This document shows positions 19,655-28,633 of a stretch of 64,000 bases of DNA, in pieces. The notes below the pieces were generated by a model. It saw only the letters and a list, made by a program, of their open reading frames with translations, did no database searches and was not told where the DNA came from. The DNA is from Verrucomicrobiia bacterium (GTDB taxonomy: Bacteria; Verrucomicrobiota; Verrucomicrobiia; Limisphaerales; UBA1319), in the NCBI GenBank assembly GCA_963664225.1, contig OY760937.1, positions 1,088,001 through 1,152,000 on the forward strand. Reading direction: 5' to 3'. The translations under genes were made by a program, and so were the position numbers. The first letter of the stretch is position 1. Every line of letters starts with the position of its first letter.

Positions 19655-19717
19655 GCCTGGGCCATCGGCCCAGGTAACCTGCCGTAAAACTTAAATAGGG
19701 CTGTAAGCCCGATCCAT
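19655..19717. repeat. Right copy of the 21-bp target duplication and remainder of the interrupted REP-like element
   Basis: GCCTGGGCCATCGGCCCAGGT at 19655-19675, a spacer, then mini-hairpin gggct-gta-agccc (19698-19710). Confidence 0.8.
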
Positions 19718-19792
19718 CCAGATAAACATCCCTCCCATCCTGCCGGGCCTCCTCCTTCGCGACTTCGCGCGAGACAATATTCAGAGCCCCCC

Positions 19793-20287
19793 TCAATTGG
19801 CGGTCTTCTCCACTTCAAATCCCTCCATATCGGCGGGATTCACGAATACCAGGTCGGCGCTGCCGTTTCCGCGTCGCACAAGGGCGGCTGGATGTTTCGT
19901 CAGGCATGCCAGTAATTCGTCATCGCCCAGTATTTTAAAGCCGCCAGCCTTCGTGTGGATGGCGGTAAATGCAAGCGGAGAGCTCTTCACCGCCGTCACA
20001 GACTCGCGTGTTGCCAGCAACATGCCAGGATTGAGCTTTTGAGAATGGATGATTGACAGGGCACTTTCCTGTTCAACGCGATTCAGGGGCGCCACGGGCC
20101 TATGCAAAAAAAACGTCACCGCAACAGCGACGACAACAAGGACCAGTCCCGATCGGACAGCCTGTCGGACCTGCTTCCGCCGTCGTGCCGCGCGAAAGGT
20201 GTTTTCCATCAGCGCAGCCTGGAACTCAGCCGGGGTGCCTTGCTCCAGAACCTCCTGCAATAAATCCGTAACTTCTCTATTCTTCAT
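19793..20287 (-). CDS. Putative single-pass membrane anti-sigma factor
   Basis: Overlaps the ECF sigma stop. Short cytoplasmic N-domain, RRRK motif, one TM helix (GLVLVVVAVAVTFFL), small periplasmic domain. Confidence 0.65.
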   Translation of the reverse strand: MKNREVTDLLQEVLEQGTPAEFQAALMENTFRAARRRKQVRQAVRSGLVLVVVAVAVTFFLHRPVAPLNRVEQESALSIIHSQKLNPGMLLATRESVTAVKSSPLAFTAIHTKAGGFKILGDDELLACLTKHPAALVRRGNGSADLVFVNPADMEGFEVEKTAN

Positions 20288-20885
20288 CTTTCAACCTTTC
20301 GAGAATCAGGCTCTTCAGCCGGACGCGAATGCGGGTCAGGCGCGATTCCACCGCTTTTTCTGAGAGGGCCAGCGCGATGGCAATCTCGCGGACCGATTCG
20401 CCTTCGAAATACTTTCGTGCGATCAAACTCCGATCTTCATCAGGCAGTGCCGGGAGAGTCGCTGCCAGACAATCCGCCAGCCGGTCTTCGGCCTGCGGCA
20501 CAATTCGGGTGGGGGATTCCTTCTGTTCAAACCAGCGAGTTAAAAACGTCAGGTAACGTTTGAATTTTCGCCGCTCATCCACCAGCGAACTATGGGCCAG
20601 TACCGCCAGCCAGCTCCAGAAGGCCTCCTCGGTGTCGAACTTTTTCACATGCCGCGCCACCCGCACCAGCGTCAATTGCAGGGCCTCGCGCGCCAATTCC
20701 TCGTTTCCATGCGCCATCACCAGCAGATAGCGCAGGAGCCTTTGGAAATAGAGGCCGAAGAAGGTGCGAAAGGCGGCTTCGTCGCTGCGCGCCATGGCGG
20801 TCGTGAGCGTGGACATGGAAGGCGCCTCATCCGAATTCGTCTTTGCGACTGCTTGTTCGGTGATCAAGCTGGTGTTGATAAGCAA
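20277..20885 (-). CDS. ECF-type RNA polymerase sigma factor
   Basis: DEAAFRTFF..Y..RLLRY, region 2 'FWSWLAVLAHSSLVDERRK', region 4 'LPDEDRSLI..KYFEGESVREIAIAL..SEKAVESRLTR'. Start is uncertain (alternative ATG 20816). Confidence 0.9.
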   Translation of the reverse strand: MLINTSLITEQAVAKTNSDEAPSMSTLTTAMARSDEAAFRTFFGLYFQRLLRYLLVMAHGNEELAREALQLTLVRVARHVKKFDTEEAFWSWLAVLAHSSLVDERRKFKRYLTFLTRWFEQKESPTRIVPQAEDRLADCLAATLPALPDEDRSLIARKYFEGESVREIAIALALSEKAVESRLTRIRVRLKSLILERLKDEE

Positions 20886-20951
20886 TTACAAACTTAGGAC
20901 CGCCAGCCCGCGCTGAGCACAGAAACTGGCGTCCCTTCTTAACGGCGAAGC

Positions 20952-21698
20952 CTACTTTGGAGTCCCGGGATTACCTGGTAATAGCGGTCGGGGCATGCCC
21001 GGCAGCGTTGGTTGCCGGGGTCTCAATTGTTCCAAGACACTCTCAATGATCTTGAGATTCTCTTCCGATCCGACGGCAATCAACAGCTTGGTTTCAGGAT
21101 GGAATTTGAGCTGCGGCACTTTGGTCACATGGAGCATTTCCCAGCCGGATTGGATCGCTGTTGTGATGTCTTCGATTTTGTTTTTTTCCAGCAAGGGCTC
21201 TAATTGGTAGAAGCGGCAGATATCCTTGATCGGCGGTAGTTCCGTGGGTTTTTGAACCTGGAAATACCAGACAGTATTGTCGCCGTTGCCTTGTGTTGCA
21301 AAGCCATAATTGGTTTCAGCTTGGCTGTATCCATTTCCATAAGGAATGGTTACAACTCTACGACTAACCATTTGCAGTGCTTTGAAGAGTTCTTTGACGG
21401 TCACGTTACTCATCTTCAGCGGCGGAATTTGGACATCGTTACAATCGTCCGGAACGATGGCGTTGAGAGGTTTGTGCATGGCTTTTTCAATGGCCGCCAC
21501 AAATTCTTTAGGGTTGCCTCCGGAAAAGTCCAGGTCAAATTGGATTTCATCGGAAGCAGGCTGAGCAGGTTGTCCAGGTTGAGGCATTGCCGGTGGTGGC
21601 AAGCGGACCGGCATAGGGTTTTGTCCGTGAAGTGCCAGTGGCATCAAGGACGACGCCAGCAGGATTGCGATAAGGGTTCTTTTCATACGTTTGTTCAT
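20952..21698 (-). CDS. Secreted protein with a secretin N-domain (NolW-like) segment
   Basis: Signal peptide and Pro-rich termini. C-terminal 'QLKFHPETKLLIAVGSEENLKIIESVLEQL' resembles secretin N3/NolW repeats. No beta-barrel. Confidence 0.55.
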   Translation of the reverse strand: MNKRMKRTLIAILLASSLMPLALHGQNPMPVRLPPPAMPQPGQPAQPASDEIQFDLDFSGGNPKEFVAAIEKAMHKPLNAIVPDDCNDVQIPPLKMSNVTVKELFKALQMVSRRVVTIPYGNGYSQAETNYGFATQGNGDNTVWYFQVQKPTELPPIKDICRFYQLEPLLEKNKIEDITTAIQSGWEMLHVTKVPQLKFHPETKLLIAVGSEENLKIIESVLEQLRPRQPTLPGMPRPLLPGNPGTPK

Positions 21699-21781
21699 TT
21701 CACATCCAATCTTTTAATAGGATACACGCCAGCCGTTTGAAAATCCTTCAAACAATTTTCATAAAACCTCCGGCTTTATTC

Positions 21782-23293
21782 TCATCTCACAACGGTTTGC
21801 AGCAAGGCGGGCAGACGACAATCCGTGCAAGTAGCGTTGGAACAGTCGCAAAAGTCGTGGACGATCTGGTGGAGACCCTGTTGTTCAGCCGCAGTGCGAA
21901 GTTCAATCTTTGAGCTGCATAGCAGGCGTTCGCGCGCCAATTTGAGAACCGCGTTGTCGTCGGTTTTGGGCCAATTAAGGCAGGCGGTTTCTGCTGCGGC
22001 CATCAGGTCGGTATTGTGGCCGGCTTGAGCACGGGCCCAAAACCAGGGCAGCAGTGCGTTCATGGCGATATCCGTCACACGCGAGGGGCCGACCAGCGGT
22101 TCCAATTTGGGCAGACTGGCCGAGCCAAAACTCCAGTGTTGCGACCAGAATACGTCCGGTCCGGATTGCAGCGTGGCGGTCAGGGTTTGGTGACACCGAT
22201 TCCAGCAGGGATCGCGGCGGCTTGGGGTTTCTGCGTTTATCCCGGAGGCGTTCTTCGATACGCCGACGTCATTCGACAATTCCTCAAACCAGTGTTCCAG
22301 CGAGGCAATAAAGTGGTTGGACGATAACCAATGGGCGGCGAGGGCGAGTCTGCGATGCGGGTGATTGGCGGGCCGCAGACCGTTCATGCGCCACACTTTT
22401 GGCGGCAGTATGAAATCCGTGAGCACGCCCCGTTCCCGCCACCAGGAATCCCAAAGCAGTTTCAGATAAGGGGTGGTTTCCATTCGCGCTTTTGGAGGAT
22501 CGCCGGGCATCAGGCCGGAGAGCCCCAAAAGGCGCGCCTGCCAGCCAATGAGCGTTTCGGGAAGCGGTCCGGGCGTTTGGCGCAGGGCAGGGAGCGTTTC
22601 CGCAATACGAACCATGGGCCAGGTATTATTTTTAAAACCCAGCGCTCTGAAAAGGGACTCCCACAGCGCCTGTGCCCAGCCGGCCTCACGGGCACGCGCC
22701 TGGATTTGCAGGGCTTTGGCGCAGAGGCGGACCTTCGCCGCCTGACGGAGCAATTCACTTCCAGTCTCGGGTTCAAGTCGTCGCCACAATCCAGCGCACG
22801 CACCGGTGAATGCCGGAGGCCATTCCTCTGCGGAATCCGTCCCCAGCCACTGGGTCAGCTCATTAAGAGGAGCGTCCAGGAACGGTTCCAATGCCAAAGT
22901 GGGCAGCGAGGATTTGGAATCGGCGTCTGAGCTCCAGACCACATGCAGGAGAACCTTGGAAAAATCGGGATTGCGATCGTGCCGGTGGGAGTGCCAGCAC
23001 GAGGGTTCAATGTCCACTTCGATGTCTCCAACCTGTGGCGCCTCGCCATTGAATTGGACGACGGCCTGGCGAAAGTCGGGTCCGGCCTCGCGATTGAGAA
23101 ATCCAGGGTGAAGGATTTGGAGGGTGCGTTCGTCCAACGTATGAAGTTGGCCGCGCCGGATGCGCTGATGTCGCCAGACGGCCTGCATCAGGCGCTCGGG
23201 CGGTGAGGCATGCCGTGGTGTTTCGTGCACTGCAATTTCCGCCGGTTTTACGACACGCCAGTCCTGATAAAGCAACGGGTGGAGCAAATGCAT
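21782..23293 (-). CDS. DUF2851 family protein
   Basis: ERLMQAVW, ILHPGFLNREAGPDF, GDIEVD...WHSHRHDRNPDFSKVLLHVVW, RPANHPHRRL, QQGLHQI..DFC...CTDC. Start placed at ATG 23293. Confidence 0.85.
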   Translation of the reverse strand: MHLLHPLLYQDWRVVKPAEIAVHETPRHASPPERLMQAVWRHQRIRRGQLHTLDERTLQILHPGFLNREAGPDFRQAVVQFNGEAPQVGDIEVDIEPSCWHSHRHDRNPDFSKVLLHVVWSSDADSKSSLPTLALEPFLDAPLNELTQWLGTDSAEEWPPAFTGACAGLWRRLEPETGSELLRQAAKVRLCAKALQIQARAREAGWAQALWESLFRALGFKNNTWPMVRIAETLPALRQTPGPLPETLIGWQARLLGLSGLMPGDPPKARMETTPYLKLLWDSWWRERGVLTDFILPPKVWRMNGLRPANHPHRRLALAAHWLSSNHFIASLEHWFEELSNDVGVSKNASGINAETPSRRDPCWNRCHQTLTATLQSGPDVFWSQHWSFGSASLPKLEPLVGPSRVTDIAMNALLPWFWARAQAGHNTDLMAAAETACLNWPKTDDNAVLKLARERLLCSSKIELRTAAEQQGLHQIVHDFCDCSNATCTDCRLPALLQTVVR

Positions 23294-23481
23294 GGAATTG
23301 CTTTTCCGTTGGAAGCGATGCAAAGTCAAGCGTTGGATGCGGAAATGTCTGACACTGGGCCTTTTGGATTGGGTGGTGAAGGCTGCGGACGAAGCGTCAT
23401 CAATGAAATGAAAGATGGAATTTTGATGTGTTAGTCTTTGCCAGCAACCGCCTCGACAGTGTATAAGAAACGGTTGAATCA

Positions 23482-24447
23482 ATGAACGATGGCGCAATGA
23501 TAGAAGTAGCGAATTTGACCAAGCGTTACGCGGGCCACGCGGCGATAAATGACTTGTCGTTTACCGTGACGCGCGGGGAGATCGTGGGTCTGCTCGGGCC
23601 GAACGGCGCCGGGAAGAGCACCACCATGCGCATCCTGGCCTGTTTCATGCCCGCTTCTTCAGGAACGGCGCGGGTCGCCGGTTACGATGTGTTCAGCCAG
23701 TCGCGGGAAGTCCGAAGCCGGATCGGCTACATGCCTGAGAACAATCCGTTGTATCAGGAAATGCGGGTGCGCGAGTATTTGAGCTTTCGCGCGCGGCTCA
23801 AGGGATTGAGTTGGCGCAGGACTCGCGAGCGTGTGGGCACCGTTATGGACCAGTGCGCATTGACCGATGTGAACCGTAAGATCATCGGGCAACTCTCAAT
23901 GGGTTACAGGCAGCGCGTGGGCCTGGCCGACGCCTTGGTTCATGAACCGGAATTGGTGATTTTGGACGAACCGACCTTGGGTCTTGATCCGAATCAGATC
24001 CGGACCGTGCGCCAGCTTATCAAAAGTCTGGGAGGCAGCCATACGGTTTTGATCTCGACGCATATTCTGCCCGAGGTGGAAATGACCTGCAGCCGGGTGC
24101 TGATTTTGCACGAGGGGCGGATTCTGGCCGCGGACACTCCGGAGAATCTCCAGGCGACACTCAGCGACGGCGGTCAGGTAATTGCGGAAATTTCGGCGCC
24201 GTTGACGGAGGTGCGGGAGTTTTGCAGCGGAGTGGAAGGAGTGGCGCGGTTCGATGTCACACCTGTGGACGGGGCTTTTTTGCGTTGCACGCTCACACCC
24301 AAACCCGGCATCGATCTGCGGACCCCGGTGTTTGACGCAGTGCGTGCCCGTGGATGGTCGTTGCGTGAATTGACGCGCTCACGGCCGAGTTTGGAGGACG
24401 TGTTCGTGCACATCACACGGGCGGAGAAGGAAGAGGAGGAGAACTGA
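23482..24447 (+). CDS. ABC transporter ATP-binding protein (GldA-like)
   Basis: GPNGAGKSTT, LSMGYRQRVGLADAL, VILDEPTLGLDPNQI, STHILPEV. Confidence 0.93.
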   Translation: MNDGAMIEVANLTKRYAGHAAINDLSFTVTRGEIVGLLGPNGAGKSTTMRILACFMPASSGTARVAGYDVFSQSREVRSRIGYMPENNPLYQEMRVREYLSFRARLKGLSWRRTRERVGTVMDQCALTDVNRKIIGQLSMGYRQRVGLADALVHEPELVILDEPTLGLDPNQIRTVRQLIKSLGGSHTVLISTHILPEVEMTCSRVLILHEGRILAADTPENLQATLSDGGQVIAEISAPLTEVREFCSGVEGVARFDVTPVDGAFLRCTLTPKPGIDLRTPVFDAVRARGWSLRELTRSRPSLEDVFVHITRAEKEEEEN

Positions 24448-24449
24448 CG

Positions 24450-25202
24450 ATGCAGGTTTTTTTGACATTGGTTCGGCGCGAACTGGGCAGTTATTTCGCC
24501 TCGCTCACGGGTTACGTGATCATTGGCGCGGTCCTGTTTTTATTGGGCTTGAGCTTTACCGATTTGATGGACCGTTTGAACAGCGAAGCCACCGATATGC
24601 CGATAACCGAGTTGTTTTATCAGACGTGGTATTTCTGGCTGATCCTGCTCCTGGCCTCGCCGTTGATCACCATGCGGACCTTTGCCCTGGAAAAAGCGTC
24701 GGGCACCTTTGAAACACTGACGACGACTCCGATCTCCGATGCGCAAATCGTGCTGGGCAAATTCACCGGGGCCTTATTGTTCCATCTTTGCCTCTGGCTG
24801 CCATTGTTGGGGAGCATTTTTATCGTGCGTCATTTCACCAATGACATCACAGCATTTAATCCGGGAGTGCTGGCGAGCACGTTTCTGGGGATTTTCCTCG
24901 TGGGCGCTTTGTTCATGTCCATGGGATGTTTTGCTTCGGCGTTGACTCGCAGCCAGATCATTGCGGCGATGATCAGTTTCGTCCTGGGGATCGCGTTCTT
25001 TATGCTCAGCTTCCGGTCGTTTTTTGGGCTGCCGCAGAACACCTGGACCTCCAGCGTGCTGGCTCGCATTTCCATGATTGAGCACATGCAGGATTTTGTG
25101 CGGGGAATTGTGGATACACGCTTTGTGGTTTTTTATGTGAGCGTGACGACTTTTTTTCTGTATCTGACCTTAAAGGTGGTGGAAAGCAGGCGCTGGAAAT
25201 AA
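24450..25202 (+). CDS. ABC-2 type permease (GldF-like)
   Basis: RRELGSYF, PLITMRTFALEKASGTFETLTTTPISDAQIVLGKF, SALTRSQIIAA; about 6 TM helices. Confidence 0.9.
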   Translation: MQVFLTLVRRELGSYFASLTGYVIIGAVLFLLGLSFTDLMDRLNSEATDMPITELFYQTWYFWLILLLASPLITMRTFALEKASGTFETLTTTPISDAQIVLGKFTGALLFHLCLWLPLLGSIFIVRHFTNDITAFNPGVLASTFLGIFLVGALFMSMGCFASALTRSQIIAAMISFVLGIAFFMLSFRSFFGLPQNTWTSSVLARISMIEHMQDFVRGIVDTRFVVFYVSVTTFFLYLTLKVVESRRWK

Positions 25203-25203
25203 A

Positions 25204-26718
25204 ATGTCAAATTATACGGATAAACAGGCGAGTTTTTCGCTCGGGAAGCGGTGGACCATCGGGTTCAATGTGGTTGTTTCCGTGACAGCCTTGCTGGCGC
25301 TGGTGTTCATGGTGAATTTCCTGGCGTCGCGCCATTCCACGCGGTTCATGTGGTCGGGCCAGAATCCCAATCAACTCTCGGCTTTGACAGTTCAATTGCT
25401 GGGTAATTTGACGAATCAGGTGAAAGTTGTTGTTTTTTTCGACAAACAGGAAGCCTTGTACAGCTCAGTTTCATCTTTGCTGAACGAATACCAGTTGGCA
25501 TGTCCGCGATTAAGCGTTGAATATGTCGATTATCTGCGCAACCCCGGATCAGCCCAATTGATGATCGAACGATACAAACTCTCATTTCCATCCGAAGATT
25601 ATTACAAGAACCTGGTGATCTTCGATTGCAACGGTCGGATCAAGATTGTTTATGAGAAGGAAATGTCAGACATGGATATTTCCGGTCCTTTGAGCGGAAC
25701 CTCCAAGGAAATCAAACGCAGCAATTTCAAGGGCGAGCTTTTGTTCACTTCGGCCATTGTCAGCGTCACCGATTCGCGGCGTCTGAAGGCGTATTTCTTA
25801 GAGGGCCACCGCGAGGCCAATCCGCAGAGCGATGAACCGAGCGGTTTTTCGAAATTGTCGCAGTTGCTCCAGCAGAACAACATTCAAGTGGAGCTTCTGT
25901 CGCTTGCCAGCCAGGAAGTTCCGGCTGACTGCAATTTGCTGGTCGTTATCGGTCCCCAACAACGTTTCGATCCGGAAGAACTGGCGCGGATGGACAAGTA
26001 TTTGAGCCAGGGGGGGCGGATGTTTATCTGCATGAACAATCTGGGCCGGACAGGCATTGAGAAACTGTTGGAGACTTGGGGGGTTCGCGTGGGGGATAAC
26101 CTGGTGTTCGATGTTCCATCGTCGAGCAAAGGTGCGGACGTGACACTAAATCCCGATTTGATTGCAACCAATTACGTCACCCCCAGTCATCCAATTGTTA
26201 AACCGTTATTGCGCTCGAGATTACGCCTGGTTTTGCCTCGCAGCGTTGAAATTGCGATCACCAATAAATCGGCGGCTGATGCACCGAAAGTGGAGGAATT
26301 GGCCTCCTCGGGGCAGGATGGAATTGTGGTAACGGATATTCGCAACGGTGTGCCTTATCCCGATTTATATCGCGACCGGCGCGGTAGTATCCCAGTGATG
26401 GCTGCTGTGGAAAAGGGAACCGTGCAGGGGATAGGGGCGGATCGCGGGGCCACTCGGATCGTTGTGGTTGGGGACTCGATCTTTCTAAGCAATCAACTCA
26501 TCGATTTTCTGGCTAACCGGGACATTGCGGTGCTGGCAGTGAACTGGCTTTTGGACCGGTCGTATTTAATGGGTGGAATTGGCCCGAGGCCCATAAGGGA
26601 ATTTCATCTTGTGATGAGTCCTGCACAATTGTTGATGGTGCGCTGGGTCATGCTGGGTGCCTTGCCTGGAGGCGTTTTGTTTTTGGGCGGATTGGTTTGG
26701 TGGCGTCGCCGACATTAA
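25204..26718 (+). CDS. GldG/GIFT-domain ABC auxiliary protein
   Basis: N- and C-terminal TM helices; LSALTVQLL..L, KAYFLEGHRE, VPADCNLLVVIGPQ, YLSQGGR, RIVVVGDSIFLSN, AVNWL. Confidence 0.87.
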   Translation: MSNYTDKQASFSLGKRWTIGFNVVVSVTALLALVFMVNFLASRHSTRFMWSGQNPNQLSALTVQLLGNLTNQVKVVVFFDKQEALYSSVSSLLNEYQLACPRLSVEYVDYLRNPGSAQLMIERYKLSFPSEDYYKNLVIFDCNGRIKIVYEKEMSDMDISGPLSGTSKEIKRSNFKGELLFTSAIVSVTDSRRLKAYFLEGHREANPQSDEPSGFSKLSQLLQQNNIQVELLSLASQEVPADCNLLVVIGPQQRFDPEELARMDKYLSQGGRMFICMNNLGRTGIEKLLETWGVRVGDNLVFDVPSSSKGADVTLNPDLIATNYVTPSHPIVKPLLRSRLRLVLPRSVEIAITNKSAADAPKVEELASSGQDGIVVTDIRNGVPYPDLYRDRRGSIPVMAAVEKGTVQGIGADRGATRIVVVGDSIFLSNQLIDFLANRDIAVLAVNWLLDRSYLMGGIGPRPIREFHLVMSPAQLLMVRWVMLGALPGGVLFLGGLVWWRRRH

Positions 26719-26780
26719 CACTCAAGAGCACTCGCAAGCTATGGATGGCGCAATGACATTCAGGGGGCCCTGAAAAATAA

Positions 26781-28625
26781 ATGAATTCAAAGAGAACTTT
26801 AATTTTGCTCGCGTTGGTGGCCGGTATGCTGGGGTTCATCATCCTGTTTGAAAGGCAGGGAAACGAAGAGGCCACGACCGTCGGCAAGACGGCGCGCTTG
26901 TTTGCCAATTTCAATCCCTCATCGGCGAGCGCGGTGGAAATCGTGCTGCGCACCAACAGAATCATCAGAGCCGAGCGTGTTCATGATGATTGGATGCTCA
27001 AGATGCCCATTCAATACCCGGCGAATGCCGCGCGGATCGACGGGTTGCTCAACGCCCTTTCTTTATTGAATCGCCAGTCCCATATCACCGCCCAGGAGTT
27101 GCTTTCTCAAAAACAGAACCTGGCTGCCTTTGGTCTGGATCCGCCGCTGGCCAGCATCATTGTCGAACTACCCCATGAACGAGTGGAACTCAAAGTGGGC
27201 GGCAAATCGCCCGTGGGAAACCAGGTCTATGTGCAACTGGTGGGATCAGATGGCATCTTTTTCACCGACGCGCTGCTGCATGAGCGCATTCCTCAGCAAC
27301 CTGACGATTGGCGGGATCCGACGTTTCTACGGCTGCGTGGCCTGACATTCAACCGGTTGGAAGTGGTGAGTAAGGCAGGGGATGTTGAATTACAGATCGA
27401 TCCCTCGACTCAATTATGGCGGTTGACCAAGCCGATGAATGCGCGGGCGGACAATCAAAAGATCGCTCAGTTGATTCGCCTGCTTGAGGACTGGCCCATT
27501 GCGCGGTTTCTGCCTGAGTCCATGACGCCCGACTTTGATGCGCTGGGGTTGCAAACGCCCGAGGCCTCCCTGATGGTGGGCCAGGGCACCAACGACATTT
27601 TTGTGGTGCATTTTGGAAAATCTCCGACCAATGAGGCGGGGCTGGTTTATGCGCGGAGTTTGCCGCAGACCAATGTAATGCTGGTGCCGCGTGATGTTCT
27701 GACGCGCTTGCAGGCGCCATTTATTGAATTGCGCGAACCACACATGATCTCGACGCCGATAACGGCCGTGGATTTGATTGAAGTCAAATCGCAGGAGTCA
27801 TTCACCCTGCGCAAAATGGCCGATAACTCCTGGGCGATCGCCGGGGCGACCACCGTTCCTGCGGATGAGGAACTGATGAAGAATTTTCTGGCGGATCTGG
27901 CCTCGTTGCGGATCACGTCGTATGTCAAAGATGTGGTCACGGATTTTTCGGCCTATGGCCTGGATTCGCCAGGCCGACAATACACGCTGAGGCGGATCAT
28001 GACCAACACGGTGTCCGGGGTGGTCAATCCCATCCTGGCCCAAATCAATTTTGGGACAAATAACGCCGACCAGATCTATGCGCGATTGAGCAACGAAACC
28101 TCCGTTTATTCCACAAAATGGGTGGACAGTTGGAAATTGCCTACGCAGGCGTACCAATTGCGCTACCGCCAGATTTGGAATTTCACCACCAACGATGTGA
28201 GCAACCTGACCATTAATTTTCAAGGTCGGACCAACAAGTTGGTGAGAAACGCGGCCCGACAATGGACGCTTGCGCCTGACCCCACTCCCTTGGGCGGGCC
28301 TTTAACGAACCTTGTGGATGAGGTTCTATTTCGTCTGGGGCAGCTTCGGGCCGAATCGTGGACTGCTTCCGGAGACGACCAGATGGCTCGATTTGGTTTT
28401 CCTACGCCCCGGCATCAGATCACCGTGGAAGTTGGAGTCACAAATCAAGCCCAGTCTCTTTCCCTGGATTTTGGAGGGGAATCACCGACCCAAAACATGT
28501 ACGGCGCAATTCTGCGCGATGGCCAGAGGTTGATTTTTGAATTTCGAATGCCTGTCTATCTCTTGTATTCGGAAATCTTGCGACAACTTTCCGTGCCGCC
28601 AGCCAATAAACCGCCCAAATCCTGA
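26781..28625 (+). CDS. DUF4340 domain protein (about three repeats)
   Basis: N-terminal anchor; repeated W.l..P...A....i..Ll..L....FGL..P motifs (AFGLDPP, ALGLQTP, AYGLDSP, RFGFPTP); follows gldG-like gene. Confidence 0.8.
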   Translation: MNSKRTLILLALVAGMLGFIILFERQGNEEATTVGKTARLFANFNPSSASAVEIVLRTNRIIRAERVHDDWMLKMPIQYPANAARIDGLLNALSLLNRQSHITAQELLSQKQNLAAFGLDPPLASIIVELPHERVELKVGGKSPVGNQVYVQLVGSDGIFFTDALLHERIPQQPDDWRDPTFLRLRGLTFNRLEVVSKAGDVELQIDPSTQLWRLTKPMNARADNQKIAQLIRLLEDWPIARFLPESMTPDFDALGLQTPEASLMVGQGTNDIFVVHFGKSPTNEAGLVYARSLPQTNVMLVPRDVLTRLQAPFIELREPHMISTPITAVDLIEVKSQESFTLRKMADNSWAIAGATTVPADEELMKNFLADLASLRITSYVKDVVTDFSAYGLDSPGRQYTLRRIMTNTVSGVVNPILAQINFGTNNADQIYARLSNETSVYSTKWVDSWKLPTQAYQLRYRQIWNFTTNDVSNLTINFQGRTNKLVRNAARQWTLAPDPTPLGGPLTNLVDEVLFRLGQLRAESWTASGDDQMARFGFPTPRHQITVEVGVTNQAQSLSLDFGGESPTQNMYGAILRDGQRLIFEFRMPVYLLYSEILRQLSVPPANKPPKS

Positions 28626-28633
28626 ACTGCGAC

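Noticed and set aside
17697..19717. Hairpin repeats as a CRISPR array
   Set aside because: There is no regular repeat-spacer periodicity and no cas genes. They are explained as REP-like elements and a target duplication.
19755..19775. cttcgcgacttcgcgcgag short tandem motif
   Set aside because: Possibly another small intergenic repeat family, but it is a single short occurrence here and insufficient to call.
23294..23497. N-terminal extension of the DUF2851 ORF
   Set aside because: It would overlap the divergent ABC gene and fill the shared promoter region. Family similarity begins after ATG 23293.
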